Origin: an uncultured Gammaproteobacteria bacterium
Lineage (GTDB): Bacteria; Patescibacteriota; Microgenomatia; JALYQM01
Assembly (NCBI GenBank): GCA_964403585.1
Contig: CAYOFQ010000001.1
Location: forward strand, 1,280,826 to 1,344,825
DNA length: 64,000 bases
Reading direction: 5' to 3'
A program made the position numbers and the translations under genes. The notes under the pieces were generated by a model, which was not told the origin of the DNA, made no database searches, and worked only from the letters and a program-made list of their open reading frames with translations. Position 1 is the first letter of the stretch; each line of letters begins with the position of its first letter. Of the stretch, positions 36,275 to 46,472 are shown piece after piece.

Positions 36275-36853
36275 TTAGTCCTCCGTATTGTATCTCGTCG
36301 CTAATAGCTCGTCAACGACGCCCTTGATAAGGGAGGATTCAAATCCTTTCCTGGCCAGGACCTGAGAAAGTTTGAATTTAAAGGCCCGTTCATCCTCTCC
36401 GGACAACTTGCGAACATACTTATGACCGACCTTTAGAGCCATACTTCTCAAAGCATTCTCTTCATTATCCTCGAGCGAAGGATTCCTCAATAACTGCTCC
36501 ATTACCTCGTCAATAGTATCCCGATCAATCCCCTTTTGAGCCAGTTCCATACGGAGGATAACTTCTCCCCTTGGCTTACTACGTATTCGACTATGCACCC
36601 ATTCCTCGGCAAACCGGGTATCGTCCAGGAAACGGTCTTTTTTCAGTTGAGCAATAACCCGCTCCACCACTTCACTATTCTCAGTTACTACAGACTCATC
36701 AGCAGTACTACTGCCCGCAATTTTTCCATAAGCCCAGGCATCTTTCTTCATCCATTTCTTAATCTTATCCCGAATCTCCTTCTCACTACGCAACCGAATG
36801 CCCAGAAACCGCAAACTTTTTTTATACAATTCCTTAAAGAGCAAATCAGACAT
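36275..36853 (-). CDS. recX: RecX-family regulatory protein
   Basis: Three-helix repeat architecture (...FLDDTRFAEEWVHSRI...) typical of RecX; ATG at 36851-36853 lies 2 nt after the stop of the upstream HD gene (the track's longer start overlaps it). Confidence 0.65.
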   Translation of the reverse strand: MSDLLFKELYKKSLRFLGIRLRSEKEIRDKIKKWMKKDAWAYGKIAGSSTADESVVTENSEVVERVIAQLKKDRFLDDTRFAEEWVHSRIRSKPRGEVILRMELAQKGIDRDTIDEVMEQLLRNPSLEDNEENALRSMALKVGHKYVRKLSGEDERAFKFKLSQVLARKGFESSLIKGVVDELLATRYNTED

Positions 36854-36855
36854 AG

Positions 36856-37839
36856 TTATAACCCTTTTACCACGACATACAAAGGCTTGCTTATCCATTG
36901 GGTATACTCGTCATACTGATTTTGCAGCTTTTCACTGGCAGTATAAGAATCTTTTAACAGACCACCTACCAAAGCCTTGGGACGTACCCAGCGCTTTTTA
37001 TTATAGAGCACGTAATGATGATTTCCTGCGTCGACTTTCTCGATAGTCAAGTTCGGACTGAGTAATTTTAATCTGCCTAAGATATACTGATCACCGGATT
37101 GCTCTAAAAACTCCCAAACCTCCCGGTCACTTTTGAGAAGATCAGCCTCTTGTAGGAACTCCTTTTCCAGGGCATATCTGATCGCATCAGCAAGAATCTG
37201 ATAAGAAGCCATATTTAATTCTCCGGAAAAAATATTCCTGCTGATATCCATAAAAATACTGCCAAAAGAAACCGCCGCGTCGAGTGAGTCAAATACAATC
37301 TCATTATTATGAACAATCAAGTGTGAGGCCAACTCCTGTGCTGAAACTCCTTTATTCGAAAGATAGTAATAGTGGCATCGCAATGCATAATCAACACGGT
37401 CGGCACACAAATCCGGCGATGGTCTTTCTAAAAGTTTGAAATTCGAGTCTTCAAGTATATTTTCAAGGGAAAATCCATGCTTTTTTAAGATTTCTGGAAT
37501 TGTCGAATTCCGGATTATATGATCTTTAATTTCTTCGTGGTAACTCTGTTCACCTTTCTTAGCAAAAACAATATCTATAACATGCGAGAAAGCAGTGTGT
37601 GGAACATCATGTAACAATGCTGCTATCTGCTCATCTAATGACGCACCCAGCTTTCTCACCAGGAGCATCGCGCCGATACAGTGCTCCAAACGGGTAAAAT
37701 CCGGCCAGCCACATACAACAGGAGTCGGCCCTCCCTGCATCACCTTTCCAATCCGCTGAACTGCCGGATCATCAAGTAGTTCAAGTAAGACCGGCTCAGT
37801 TATGTCAAAATCTCCGTAAATTGGGTCATGGATAATCAT
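36856..37839 (-). CDS. HD-domain metal-dependent phosphohydrolase
   Basis: HD motif ...LLHDVPHTAFSHVID and additional His/Asp ligands; sits between recA and recX on the same strand with 5-nt and 2-nt gaps. Confidence 0.7.
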   Translation of the reverse strand: MIIHDPIYGDFDITEPVLLELLDDPAVQRIGKVMQGGPTPVVCGWPDFTRLEHCIGAMLLVRKLGASLDEQIAALLHDVPHTAFSHVIDIVFAKKGEQSYHEEIKDHIIRNSTIPEILKKHGFSLENILEDSNFKLLERPSPDLCADRVDYALRCHYYYLSNKGVSAQELASHLIVHNNEIVFDSLDAAVSFGSIFMDISRNIFSGELNMASYQILADAIRYALEKEFLQEADLLKSDREVWEFLEQSGDQYILGRLKLLSPNLTIEKVDAGNHHYVLYNKKRWVRPKALVGGLLKDSYTASEKLQNQYDEYTQWISKPLYVVVKGL

Positions 37840-37844
37840 CGCTG

Positions 37845-38966
37845 TTATCCTTCCATTTCCATATCTTCGCCCTCTTCTTCATTATCCTGTCCAACTACCA
37901 ATTCAGCACCCTGCTTCCCTTCCTGCTTTCTCCATTCAGCCATAATCTGATCATAAATCTTATGGGCAAGCTCCGGATCACTCTTTAATGTTTCTTTAGC
38001 AGCTTCTCTACCTTGGCCAAGCAGGGAACCTTCATATTTAATAAACGACCCTGCCTTAACGATAACGTTCAATTCAATACCCACATCAATTAACCCGCCT
38101 TCAAATGAAATACCTTTTTCATCCATATCAAATTCGGCTACTCGAAACGGTGGTGCAACTTTATTTTTGACAACTTTTACACGATGTCGTGATCCAATAA
38201 TCTTATCTCCGGGGCCTTTAATATTTTCAATCTTACGAATATCCATACGGACGGATGCATAAAACTTTAATGCCATACCACCGGTGGTTGTTTCCGGATT
38301 TCCAAACATCACACCAATTTTCTGACGCAACTGGTTGGTAAAAATGACAATCGTTTTAGACCGGTTAATAACGGCTGTTAATTTACGCAGAGCCTGGGAC
38401 ATCAAACGGGCCTGAACACCCATTGAGGCATCTCCCATTTCACCTTCGATTTCACTTCGTGGAACAAGCGCGGCCACCGAATCTACAACTAAAACATCAA
38501 TCGCACCTGAACGAATCAATTGCTCCGCAATTTCTAAGGCTTGCTCACCTGTATCCGGCTGGGAAATAAGCAGGTTATCAAGATCTACACCAATGGTCTG
38601 CGCACGAATAGGATCCAACGCATGCTCGGCATCAATAAAAGCGGCTGTTCCACCACTTCGTTGTGCCTCGGCAATAATATGCAGACAAACCGTTGTTTTA
38701 CCGGAAGCTTCAGGTCCGTATATTTCAATAATTCTTCCTTTTGGAATACCTCCAACCCCGAGTGCTAAATCCAATGCAATAGACCCGGTTGGAATTACTT
38801 CAACCTGCATTGCCTGTTGTTCTCCCAACTTCATAATTGATCCCTGACCATAGGATTTTTGAATTTGCTGCATTGCCGTCATTAATGCCTGCATTTTTGC
38901 AGCTTGATTACTATCACCTTTTAAATTTTCTACTTGAACTTCGGATTTTCCGCTTTGCTTTGCCAT
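37845..38966 (-). CDS. recA: Recombinase RecA
   Basis: [16 protein letters not shown] Walker A, L1/L2 loops, acidic C-terminal tail; start taken at MAKQSGK (38966), the track's upstream extension rejected. Confidence 0.95.
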   Translation of the reverse strand: MAKQSGKSEVQVENLKGDSNQAAKMQALMTAMQQIQKSYGQGSIMKLGEQQAMQVEVIPTGSIALDLALGVGGIPKGRIIEIYGPEASGKTTVCLHIIAEAQRSGGTAAFIDAEHALDPIRAQTIGVDLDNLLISQPDTGEQALEIAEQLIRSGAIDVLVVDSVAALVPRSEIEGEMGDASMGVQARLMSQALRKLTAVINRSKTIVIFTNQLRQKIGVMFGNPETTTGGMALKFYASVRMDIRKIENIKGPGDKIIGSRHRVKVVKNKVAPPFRVAEFDMDEKGISFEGGLIDVGIELNVIVKAGSFIKYEGSLLGQGREAAKETLKSDPELAHKIYDQIMAEWRKQEGKQGAELVVGQDNEEEGEDMEMEG

Positions 38967-39139
38967 ACGCTTATACCTTTCTTCGTCCCCTATAAAAATA
39001 ATAATGATAAGGAGTTGACGAGTTGTATCATATAATACATTAACATTACCCAAATAATACCCAAAATGCAAGATGAAAATATTGGCAATACTATCAAGTA
39101 ATCTGGTATTAAACAGAAAATAAAGTATACTTGTAGCAT

Positions 39140-39967
39140 ATGAATTACCAGGATTTCATCAAACAAACCTTACATGAAGCTGCTCAAATTGCCAAAGATA
39201 AATTCGGCAAAGTAGATAGTTCGATCAAACCTACCGATAACAACCAGGTGTTAACTGAAGCTGATCTGTTTATCGGATCATATATTATTAAGCAAATTGA
39301 AAAAACATTCCCGAGTCATAACATAATTGATGAAGAAGCAGGCGTAATCAACAAAAACTCCGAATACACCTGGGTTATCGATCCGGTCGACGGAACCAGC
39401 AACTTCGCCAGCGCTTCTCCTCTTTTCGGTATTTTTCTCGGACTATTGAAGGATAATCAGCCAATCGCCGGAGGAGCTGCACTACCGTATTTTGATGAAA
39501 TATACTCTGCGGAAAAAGATGTCGGCGCATTTTGCAACAACAAACCGATCAGAGTAACACAAGAAGAAAGACTGTTATCCACACTAATAGTCTATAGTTT
39601 GAACGGATACCAAAATCACCCTGAAAGAACCCATTGGGAATGCGGACTACTTGAACAAATAGTTTTGAATATTCGTAATTTACGTGCAACAGGAGGCGGA
39701 TTCGATCCGGCCATGGTTGCCCGTGGAACGTACGGAGCATGCTTACATATGGGAACAAGTATTTGGGACGTCGTGGCAGTGCACTCCATAATAGAAGAAG
39801 CCGGCGGCACAGTTACTGAATTCTTTGGTCAGCCTTTTGATTATTCAGATCACCTTACCAATCACAAAAAACCGTATATGATCTGTGCCGGGGCTCCGCA
39901 AATACACCGGCAGATCCAGGAAATCATTAGTACGTACACTCAAAAACACTCATTTCCCCAAAGGTAA
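39140..39967 (+). CDS. Inositol-monophosphatase family (SuhB/CysQ-like) phosphatase
   Basis: Motifs EEAG...[12 protein letters not shown] and later GG...D metal sites. Confidence 0.8.
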   Translation: MNYQDFIKQTLHEAAQIAKDKFGKVDSSIKPTDNNQVLTEADLFIGSYIIKQIEKTFPSHNIIDEEAGVINKNSEYTWVIDPVDGTSNFASASPLFGIFLGLLKDNQPIAGGAALPYFDEIYSAEKDVGAFCNNKPIRVTQEERLLSTLIVYSLNGYQNHPERTHWECGLLEQIVLNIRNLRATGGGFDPAMVARGTYGACLHMGTSIWDVVAVHSIIEEAGGTVTEFFGQPFDYSDHLTNHKKPYMICAGAPQIHRQIQEIISTYTQKHSFPQR

Positions 39968-40798
39968 TGTAAACATTCGATGAGTAATACCGGGCAGTAC
40001 AAACATAAAAAGTAACAAATTCAGTTCACTTCCAAAGTTAAAAATCGTACTCGTAATAACACAAGCAGACACAATAATAGTGACCGTTATTATCTGGGCA
40101 ACCGAGTAATAAATAAATGTAAAACGATCTCTAACTGATTCATAAAAATGAGCTACCCGGACCAGCGTTTCACGAGATGTTTCATGCTTATTTTTAATGG
40201 GAAGTCCCAATCCCAGGAGCAGTGCATATAAACACATATCAAATAATAACGTCCCTAAAAAAAATAGGGTGTAATACGAGGTTGTTATAATAGTCAAGCC
40301 GGATGACTCATGAATCAATAAATTAAGCGCCAGAGAAATACTCACAATAAGCGAATACAGTGCAATAAAAAGAAATGACACAATAAAAGTGAAGGGGTGA
40401 CGTACAATGTGCATCCAAACACATAGTGCTCCCAACAACAACGCCAGAATATAAAATCGCGGAAACTCAGTCGATGATATAAAACTATTTTCTAGGTATA
40501 AGAGTAGTAATAATCCACAAGCAGGTATAATCTCATGAACCGATACTAAAGGAAGTAACCTGTCCTTGTAGTTCCAGACAACAAATAATAACGTAAAAAA
40601 AAGCAGAATAACCTCAAGCAATAAAAAATTATCGGTCAATCCGTAATATAACGACAAACCGTAAATAAAAAGAGTCGTACTTATTAGACCAATTGTGGTT
40701 AGTAGAATCTTAAATAAGGGAAGCCGCGGATGAGACGAAAAATATAAACGTACTACCATTCCAACAGCCACCACGGCAGGCAACATTAGTTGAGTCAT
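39950..40798 (-). CDS. Polytopic membrane protein, hypothetical
   Basis: 282 aa, 7-8 predicted TM helices, no motif. Confidence 0.45.
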   Translation of the reverse strand: MTQLMLPAVVAVGMVVRLYFSSHPRLPLFKILLTTIGLISTTLFIYGLSLYYGLTDNFLLLEVILLFFTLLFVVWNYKDRLLPLVSVHEIIPACGLLLLLYLENSFISSTEFPRFYILALLLGALCVWMHIVRHPFTFIVSFLFIALYSLIVSISLALNLLIHESSGLTIITTSYYTLFFLGTLLFDMCLYALLLGLGLPIKNKHETSRETLVRVAHFYESVRDRFTFIYYSVAQIITVTIIVSACVITSTIFNFGSELNLLLFMFVLPGITHRMFTLPLGK

Positions 40799-41124
40799 AA
40801 ATGAAGTTGATCAATTTTTGACGCCAGTACAAAATCATTAATCGAAAGTCCGCCAATGGCGTGTGTTGCTAAATTAAATCGTACCTTATTCCACCCATGG
40901 AGATAAAAATCCGGATGGTGCCCTTCTTCTTCGGCGATCTGTCCTACTTTATTTATAAATGCCAAAGCTTCTCCAAAGTCTTTAAATTTGAACTCTCGTT
41001 GAAGTTCTTTATCTTCTAATACTGTCCACTCTTTTACTTGTTCCAAATACTGCTCAAATTCATTTCTTTTAAGCGGCTCAACTCCCCCTTCGCAGGGAAC
41101 ACATTTTTGTTTAGTTAAATCCAT
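40795..41124 (-). CDS. Pterin-4a-carbinolamine dehydratase (PCD/DCoH)
   Basis: EEGHHPDF and W..V...L.TH signature; probable start MDLTKQK. Confidence 0.8.
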   Translation of the reverse strand: MDLTKQKCVPCEGGVEPLKRNEFEQYLEQVKEWTVLEDKELQREFKFKDFGEALAFINKVGQIAEEEGHHPDFYLHGWNKVRFNLATHAIGGLSINDFVLASKIDQLHL

Positions 41125-41169
41125 AACCAGAGTATAATATAAAAAAAGACACAAAGAAAGGAACCGCGT

Positions 41170-41493
41170 ATGACAGTAGAACTCCGGGAATACGATCTTA
41201 ATACAGGAGAAGTAGGCTCGGTTATTGCAATAGTAGACAACGGAGCAACATTCGATTTAAGAACAATCCTTCCGCTTGAAAACTATGCCTGGTTCAGGAT
41301 AGAAGGGGGTAGTGGCGGAGCAAATCTCTCCCGCTACACTGACGGAATGGGCTACGACACATTAGTAGCAACCGCCAACTCGGTAAGAAACACACCTCCG
41401 GAAAAGAGACGAAAAGTTGTGGCACACGAAACAACTATCTTTGGCGACAATAATACTGCCGTCCGTGTAGTTCCATTAGATGATCCAAATTAA
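41170..41493 (+). CDS. Hypothetical protein (107 aa)
   Basis: ATG ORF with AAAGGAA RBS and TATAAT box upstream; no domain recognised. Confidence 0.45.
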   Translation: MTVELREYDLNTGEVGSVIAIVDNGATFDLRTILPLENYAWFRIEGGSGGANLSRYTDGMGYDTLVATANSVRNTPPEKRRKVVAHETTIFGDNNTAVRVVPLDDPN

Positions 41494-41498
41494 CTACT

Positions 41499-41578
41499 GG
41501 GCTCGTAGTTTAGTGGTACGAATTAGGGACTAATTCGCACCGCGTTCCATCGCAGGGGTCCGATTCCCCTCGAGTCCA
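41499..41578 (+). tRNA. Non-canonical 80-nt tRNA-like element (possible degenerate or unusual tRNA-Ser(GGA)-like gene)
   Basis: Good acceptor stem (GGGCTCG/CGAGTCC, one G-U), T-arm AGGGG-TCCGATT-CCCCT and a GG-containing D-loop, but the central arm is a 6-9-bp palindromic hairpin CGAATT-AGGGACT-AATTCG whose loop lacks U33/R37; lies 27 nt upstream of tRNA-Pro. Confidence 0.35.
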
Positions 41579-41605
41579 CAATTTAGTATAATCACCAGGT
41601 AAGTT

Positions 41606-41681
41606 CGGGGACTAGCTCAGTTGGTAGAGCGCAGCGTTCGGGACGCTGAGGCCGTGAGTTCGAGTCTCACGTCTCCGACCA
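41606..41681 (+). tRNA. tRNA-Pro (anticodon CGG)
   Basis: Acceptor CGGGGAC/GTCTCCG, D-arm GCTC-AGTTGGTA-GAGC, anticodon stem CAGCG/CGCTG with loop TTCGGGA (CGG), T-arm GTGAG-TTCGAGT-CTCAC, encoded CCA. Confidence 0.85.
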
Positions 41682-41761
41682 AATGTTCCCCATCCCCCGT
41701 TGACAACACCTCAAAATTTCACCTACAGTAGTACTAGTACTATTTGCATAAAATTTTCTTT

Positions 41762-43057
41762 ATGAACGATCAATCTACTGTTAATGTTAACATTCAATCC
41801 ACCAGTTCAATGCCAACTATTCCTGCCCCGTCCCAAAAACCCGGCTCCAATCCAACCGCAAAAATTATAATTTTAGGCAGTGTTTGTGTGATAGGTGGGT
41901 TGGCACTAGGTGGAATTCTGGGAATCGTACTGAAGAATAATCAAGCTAAAACAACTAACAAAGACAGTGCTCAAGTAATTTCCGACAATAAAAAACCATT
42001 CCTTATCGGAGCCGTAGCTCCCTTAACCGGCGACGGAGCTTCATACGGAATTCCGGCAAAGCAAGCGATGTTAGTAATTGAAAAAGAAATTAATAATGCC
42101 GGAGGATTTGGTGGCAGGCCAATAAAAGTAATTTTTGAAGACGGACGATGCAGTTCCACCGATGCTGAATTGGCCGGTAAAAAACTTATCGAGGAAGACA
42201 AAGTTGAACTAATATATGGAGGCGAATGTTCGGATGAATTCCTGGCTATCGCGCCACAAGCTCAAAAGAAAAAAATAATTACTGTTTCTGCCTCGGCTAC
42301 AAGTCCAAAAATCAGTACTCTCGGCAAATATGTATTTAGATCGATTCCCTCAGACAACCTCGCCGGAAAAGCTGCAGCACAATACGCCAAGAACAAATTA
42401 AATGCCAAAACAGCCGCAGTGATTGGAGAAAATACCAATTACGGCAATGCCTTAAGCAGAGTATTTACCGATGAATTTGAAAAGGATGGTGGAAAAGTGG
42501 AAATATTGGAAGCATTTGACACTGGTGCAACCAATTTCAAAGATTTTATTGATAAAGTGAATAAAACAAAGGTTGATCTCGTCTATTTCGTTCCCCAAAC
42601 TCCAACCCCGGGCGTCCTGATCGTACAAGGGTTGAAAAATTCTAAAACAACTGCCAAATTACTCACTTCTGAAGTTATGCTCACCCGTGATGAAGTTATT
42701 AAGCAAGGTAAAATCCTCGACGATCTCGTAGGAATTGAGGCTTATTTTGATGAGAGCAAAGCTCAAGCAAAACATATCATCGAACTCTACCAAAAAGAGT
42801 ATGGCAAAGAGGCTACCTACCCTACCGACCTGGTAGCAATCTATGACCTTATGAAAATATACAAAGAAGCCTATGAAAAAGTAGGTTCTAACGACACAGA
42901 TAAAATTAGTGAATATTTGTACGGTTTGAAATTATGGGATGGAGCATCAGGTAAAATCACCTTTGATCAAAACGGTGATGTTATATCACTTCCTTATGCT
43001 ATCCAAAAAATAAAAGACAAAAAAGTTTCACTCTTAGAAACATATACGGTTGAATAA
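41762..43057 (+). CDS. Membrane-anchored type-1 periplasmic-binding-protein (LivK/LivJ-like branched-chain amino-acid binding) protein
   Basis: TM anchor then FLIGAVAPLTGDGASYGIPAKQAMLVIEKEINNAGGFGGRPIKVIFEDGRCSS... typical of Leu/Ile/Val-binding protein family; start at ATG 41762 (the track TTG start rejected); TTGACA-18-TACAGT boxes at 41700-41729. Confidence 0.75.
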   Translation: MNDQSTVNVNIQSTSSMPTIPAPSQKPGSNPTAKIIILGSVCVIGGLALGGILGIVLKNNQAKTTNKDSAQVISDNKKPFLIGAVAPLTGDGASYGIPAKQAMLVIEKEINNAGGFGGRPIKVIFEDGRCSSTDAELAGKKLIEEDKVELIYGGECSDEFLAIAPQAQKKKIITVSASATSPKISTLGKYVFRSIPSDNLAGKAAAQYAKNKLNAKTAAVIGENTNYGNALSRVFTDEFEKDGGKVEILEAFDTGATNFKDFIDKVNKTKVDLVYFVPQTPTPGVLIVQGLKNSKTTAKLLTSEVMLTRDEVIKQGKILDDLVGIEAYFDESKAQAKHIIELYQKEYGKEATYPTDLVAIYDLMKIYKEAYEKVGSNDTDKISEYLYGLKLWDGASGKITFDQNGDVISLPYAIQKIKDKKVSLLETYTVE

Positions 43058-43065
43058 AGGTAATA

Positions 43066-45363
43066 ATGTGGCATTCCTGGCGATACTCGTTTCGCACCAA
43101 GCTATTATCACTGTTCCTGATCTTTTCGATATTACCCCTGGCAGCGGTGACGATCATCGTTAATAATACCGTTCAAAAACAGTACACCCAGACACTGAGC
43201 AATTTCTTCGACAAAAACGTCGAACTACAGGAAAAAAATCTTATCGACTTTCTCGAAGGGAATAAGGCCTGGATCAAAAGTATTGCTGCACAAGACATAC
43301 TGCTCTCTCAAATGGAAAATTATTCCCGGGATGAAGAAATAGATACGAATGGTATATTTGCGTCCCTCGTTTCAATCCGGCGCGAGAACTCATTTATCGA
43401 GCAAATCTACATCATTAATAACGAAGGTGAAATTATTATCTCAACAACCACCGACGATGTCGGAAAACCAATCCGCGATGTCGAAGAAGCTATCGGAGAT
43501 ATGGACATCCGGGTACCGCATTACCGATCTATCGCAACGTTGAATTCGGGAGTACGGGTACTATCGTTAACTACACCGTTCTTACGCAGAAGCGATAATC
43601 GCCTCGCAGCAACGCTGGTTGTAGAATATAACACGACAGTAATAAAATCCTTAATCGAAGGAAGTTTGTACACCTCCCAGTCTATCAACACTCAAAACGA
43701 GAAAATATTTAATGACTCCGAAACCGGAGAAATCTACGTCCTTGATGAAGCCGGCGTTCCGCTCACGAACCTTCGGGGAGTAGTAAAAACTCCACCGAAG
43801 GAAACATTTCCCTACCAAAGCTGTTTAAAAGGACAATCCGGAAGCGCCGTATTCTGGAAGGGCTACCAGGACGTAAATGTCTATGGCAGTTTCCGTTGTC
43901 GAAAAATAGACGACTTAATCTTCACTTTTGTGGTCAAACAAACCGAAGCTGAAGCCTTCGCCGTCAGCAACAACTTAAGAACAACTATCATCGCCATTAC
44001 TGGAGGATTATCACTACTGGTAATAGTTATTATTTTAAGAATAGGACAATCAATTGCTAAACCAATCAAACAATTACAACTAGGAGCCAGTGAACTGGGT
44101 AAAGGAAACTTTGATTATAAACTGGATATCCAAACCCACGACGAGATAGAAGACCTGGGGCATTCCTTCAACGAAATGGCACGCCGCTTAAAACAACTTA
44201 TTCAAGATTTGAAAAACCGTGATCAGGATTTATATAAAGTAAACAAGGAACTTAACACAGAGAAGGAAACTATTTCAGCTGAACGCAATAAACTGGAAAT
44301 TATTATCAGTGGAATTACCGATGCTGTCATCGCGCTAAATGCAAATGGCGAAGTGCTGATGTTTAATAAAGCGGCTCAGATTTTAACAGGCATTCCGGAA
44401 GTAGACGTCCTCGGCAAGCCAATCGGGCACTTTATCACGTTTACCGAAGACGATCACAAACTAAGTCTGGAAGATTACTGTCCACTGAACAGCGAAGTTT
44501 TTGAAGGTGTAATTTATCAGAAAGAAAAATTGATAATGAAAACTCAAGCCGGAAAAGAAGCCTACATTAATATCATAACCGGAAAAATAAAAGAAGGTGA
44601 TATAACCAATCTCCGGGCAATAATAACGCTCCACGATGTCACCAGTGAAACACAATTGGAAGAAATGAAACTGGATTTCGTATCTATGGCAGCTCACGAA
44701 CTGCGTACACCAATTACATCTATCCGCGGGTACTCGAGCGTGCTTGGAGAGGAACTCGAGGGTGGCAAAACTGAACAAGAGGTCGAATGGAAAGGCCTTG
44801 TTGATCGAATTTCAATCAGTGCCGAGCAATTGCTTGCCTTAGTAGAAAACATGCTCAACGTTACAAAAATTGAAAAAGGAATTCTCTCCATCAATACTAA
44901 GAATGAACCGTGGGGACCGAATGTTATTGAAGTTGCGGATATTTTCAAAGAACGCGCTAAGAATAAACATATTACATTAACAGTAAACGAAATCAATCCA
45001 AAATTGGTTGCCTATGTCGACAAGCTCCGCATCAACGAAGTTCTCTCCAACCTCATCTCCAACGCCATAAATTACACGCAGGATGGAGGAACCATTGTAG
45101 TAGAAGCACATACCAGCACAGACGGAACCTGGATTGAAACATCGGTTACAGATAACGGACAAGGGATTCCAAAAGCATCGCAACAACACCTCTTTGAAAA
45201 ATTCTTCCGCGTATCAGGCAAACTTGAGCAAGGCTCCAAGGGAAATGGGCTTGGCTTATATATTTCAAAATCAATCGTTCAAATGCACGGTGGAAAAATC
45301 TGGGTCGAATCCGAAGCACATAAAGGAGCTAAATTCATCTTCACAGTACCCAAAGCAGCATAG
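43066..45363 (+). CDS. Sensor histidine kinase: extracellular Cache-like domain, HAMP, PAS, HisKA, HATPase_c
   Basis: Two TM segments flanking about 270-aa extracellular region, HAMP (LGKGNFDYKLD), PAS, H-box MAAHELRTPITSI, G-boxes GNGLGLYISKSIVQMHGG. Confidence 0.85.
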   Translation: MWHSWRYSFRTKLLSLFLIFSILPLAAVTIIVNNTVQKQYTQTLSNFFDKNVELQEKNLIDFLEGNKAWIKSIAAQDILLSQMENYSRDEEIDTNGIFASLVSIRRENSFIEQIYIINNEGEIIISTTTDDVGKPIRDVEEAIGDMDIRVPHYRSIATLNSGVRVLSLTTPFLRRSDNRLAATLVVEYNTTVIKSLIEGSLYTSQSINTQNEKIFNDSETGEIYVLDEAGVPLTNLRGVVKTPPKETFPYQSCLKGQSGSAVFWKGYQDVNVYGSFRCRKIDDLIFTFVVKQTEAEAFAVSNNLRTTIIAITGGLSLLVIVIILRIGQSIAKPIKQLQLGASELGKGNFDYKLDIQTHDEIEDLGHSFNEMARRLKQLIQDLKNRDQDLYKVNKELNTEKETISAERNKLEIIISGITDAVIALNANGEVLMFNKAAQILTGIPEVDVLGKPIGHFITFTEDDHKLSLEDYCPLNSEVFEGVIYQKEKLIMKTQAGKEAYINIITGKIKEGDITNLRAIITLHDVTSETQLEEMKLDFVSMAAHELRTPITSIRGYSSVLGEELEGGKTEQEVEWKGLVDRISISAEQLLALVENMLNVTKIEKGILSINTKNEPWGPNVIEVADIFKERAKNKHITLTVNEINPKLVAYVDKLRINEVLSNLISNAINYTQDGGTIVVEAHTSTDGTWIETSVTDNGQGIPKASQQHLFEKFFRVSGKLEQGSKGNGLGLYISKSIVQMHGGKIWVESEAHKGAKFIFTVPKAA

Positions 45364-45365
45364 AA

Positions 45366-46472
45366 CTACTGAGCCAGCCGCTCAGTACTTGCCTGCATAT
45401 GTCCAAGGATAGCATCGGCTTCGGGCGGAGTTGCCAGTCTTGGTTGTGCAAAATCTTCTATTACTATTGGCGTAAAGACTACATCTACCAGCTTCCCCCG
45501 GGAAAAGACATAGGAACCGACAACACCTTCCTTAGTCTCCTGGGACCACTCCTGATCAAAAATAAAATTACCATGCCCATAAGCAATAAACCCTTCTTTA
45601 TAAAACTCAACCCCCTGGACCCAATGAGGATGGTTACCGAACACAACATCTGCGCCACTATCAACCATGGTATGAGCAATTTCCCGCGGATCATCCGGAG
45701 CAATTCCCGGTGCTGGTAATGGATCATAGGTGTACTCTTTACCCCAATGAACACAAACTATTACGACATCAACAGTTTCTTTTAGTTGACGAATTCGTGT
45801 AGCTAATAACTCTTTATTTATCGACGGACCGACCCCGTTAACCGGTAGAAAACCAAAACGAATATCCTTCAATGTCGTAACATACGGCGTATCAAATCGG
45901 GCATACGGCAAATCCGCCTTCTCCAGGATTTTCTTCGTTTCCTCAATACCGGCTAGACCATGATTCCCGATATGATTATTTTCCAGGGTAGCCAAACTAA
46001 TACCATGGTTTTTCATCGCCGGAGCGAATTCCGCAGTACCACAAAAACTCATCCCTTCTAAAGTTACTTGGCAATTTTCAAGCAAAGGTGCCTCAAGGTT
46101 AGCTACAGTAAAATCCCCACTTTTCAGGAGTTCATCTACCTTGAGAAAAGGATAGTCAACTCCTTTCGCCTTCATTTTTGCATTAGTTACCCGGGCTGGA
46201 ATAATATCCCCTGTCGCCACAATCACAACATCATCGGCTTCAACTGTGTGTCGTCTTTGAGCGGAAAAAATCGAACTGCGGGTCAGCGGTTCATATACAA
46301 TATATGGTGAAGGTAACGGCGTTCCTAATTCTTCCGCCAAGGATTCTTCAGGAAGAGTTGCCGACAATAACGGAGGTGACGGTTGGCGGGCAGAAAAAAA
46401 AGACAGTGCCAAAACCCCAAGGGATACTGTTAGGGAAAAACCTACGAAAAAAATACTGATTTTTTTCATCAC
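45366..46472 (-). CDS. CapA-family (MPP_CapA) metallophosphatase, poly-gamma-glutamate-capsule-synthesis-like
   Basis: Signal/TM then GDIIPAR, LENNHIGNHG, CVHWGKEY, GNHPHWVQG motifs of the CapA calcineurin-like phosphoesterase family. Confidence 0.7.
   Translation of the reverse strand: MMKKISIFFVGFSLTVSLGVLALSFFSARQPSPPLLSATLPEESLAEELGTPLPSPYIVYEPLTRSSIFSAQRRHTVEADDVVIVATGDIIPARVTNAKMKAKGVDYPFLKVDELLKSGDFTVANLEAPLLENCQVTLEGMSFCGTAEFAPAMKNHGISLATLENNHIGNHGLAGIEETKKILEKADLPYARFDTPYVTTLKDIRFGFLPVNGVGPSINKELLATRIRQLKETVDVVIVCVHWGKEYTYDPLPAPGIAPDDPREIAHTMVDSGADVVFGNHPHWVQGVEFYKEGFIAYGHGNFIFDQEWSQETKEGVVGSYVFSRGKLVDVVFTPIVIEDFAQPRLATPPEADAILGHMQASTERLAQ

Noticed and set aside
38541-38847. Two + strand ORFs (75 and 84 aa)
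   Set aside because: Antisense within recA.
38967-39071. N-terminal 35-aa extension of recA in the six-frame track (MHFGYYLG...)
   Set aside because: Canonical RecA begins at MAKQSGK (ATG 38964-38966). The extension has no counterpart in RecA and would place the start inside the divergent promoter region. No LexA/Cheo box (GAAC-N4-GTTC or CTGT-N8-ACAG) was found there.
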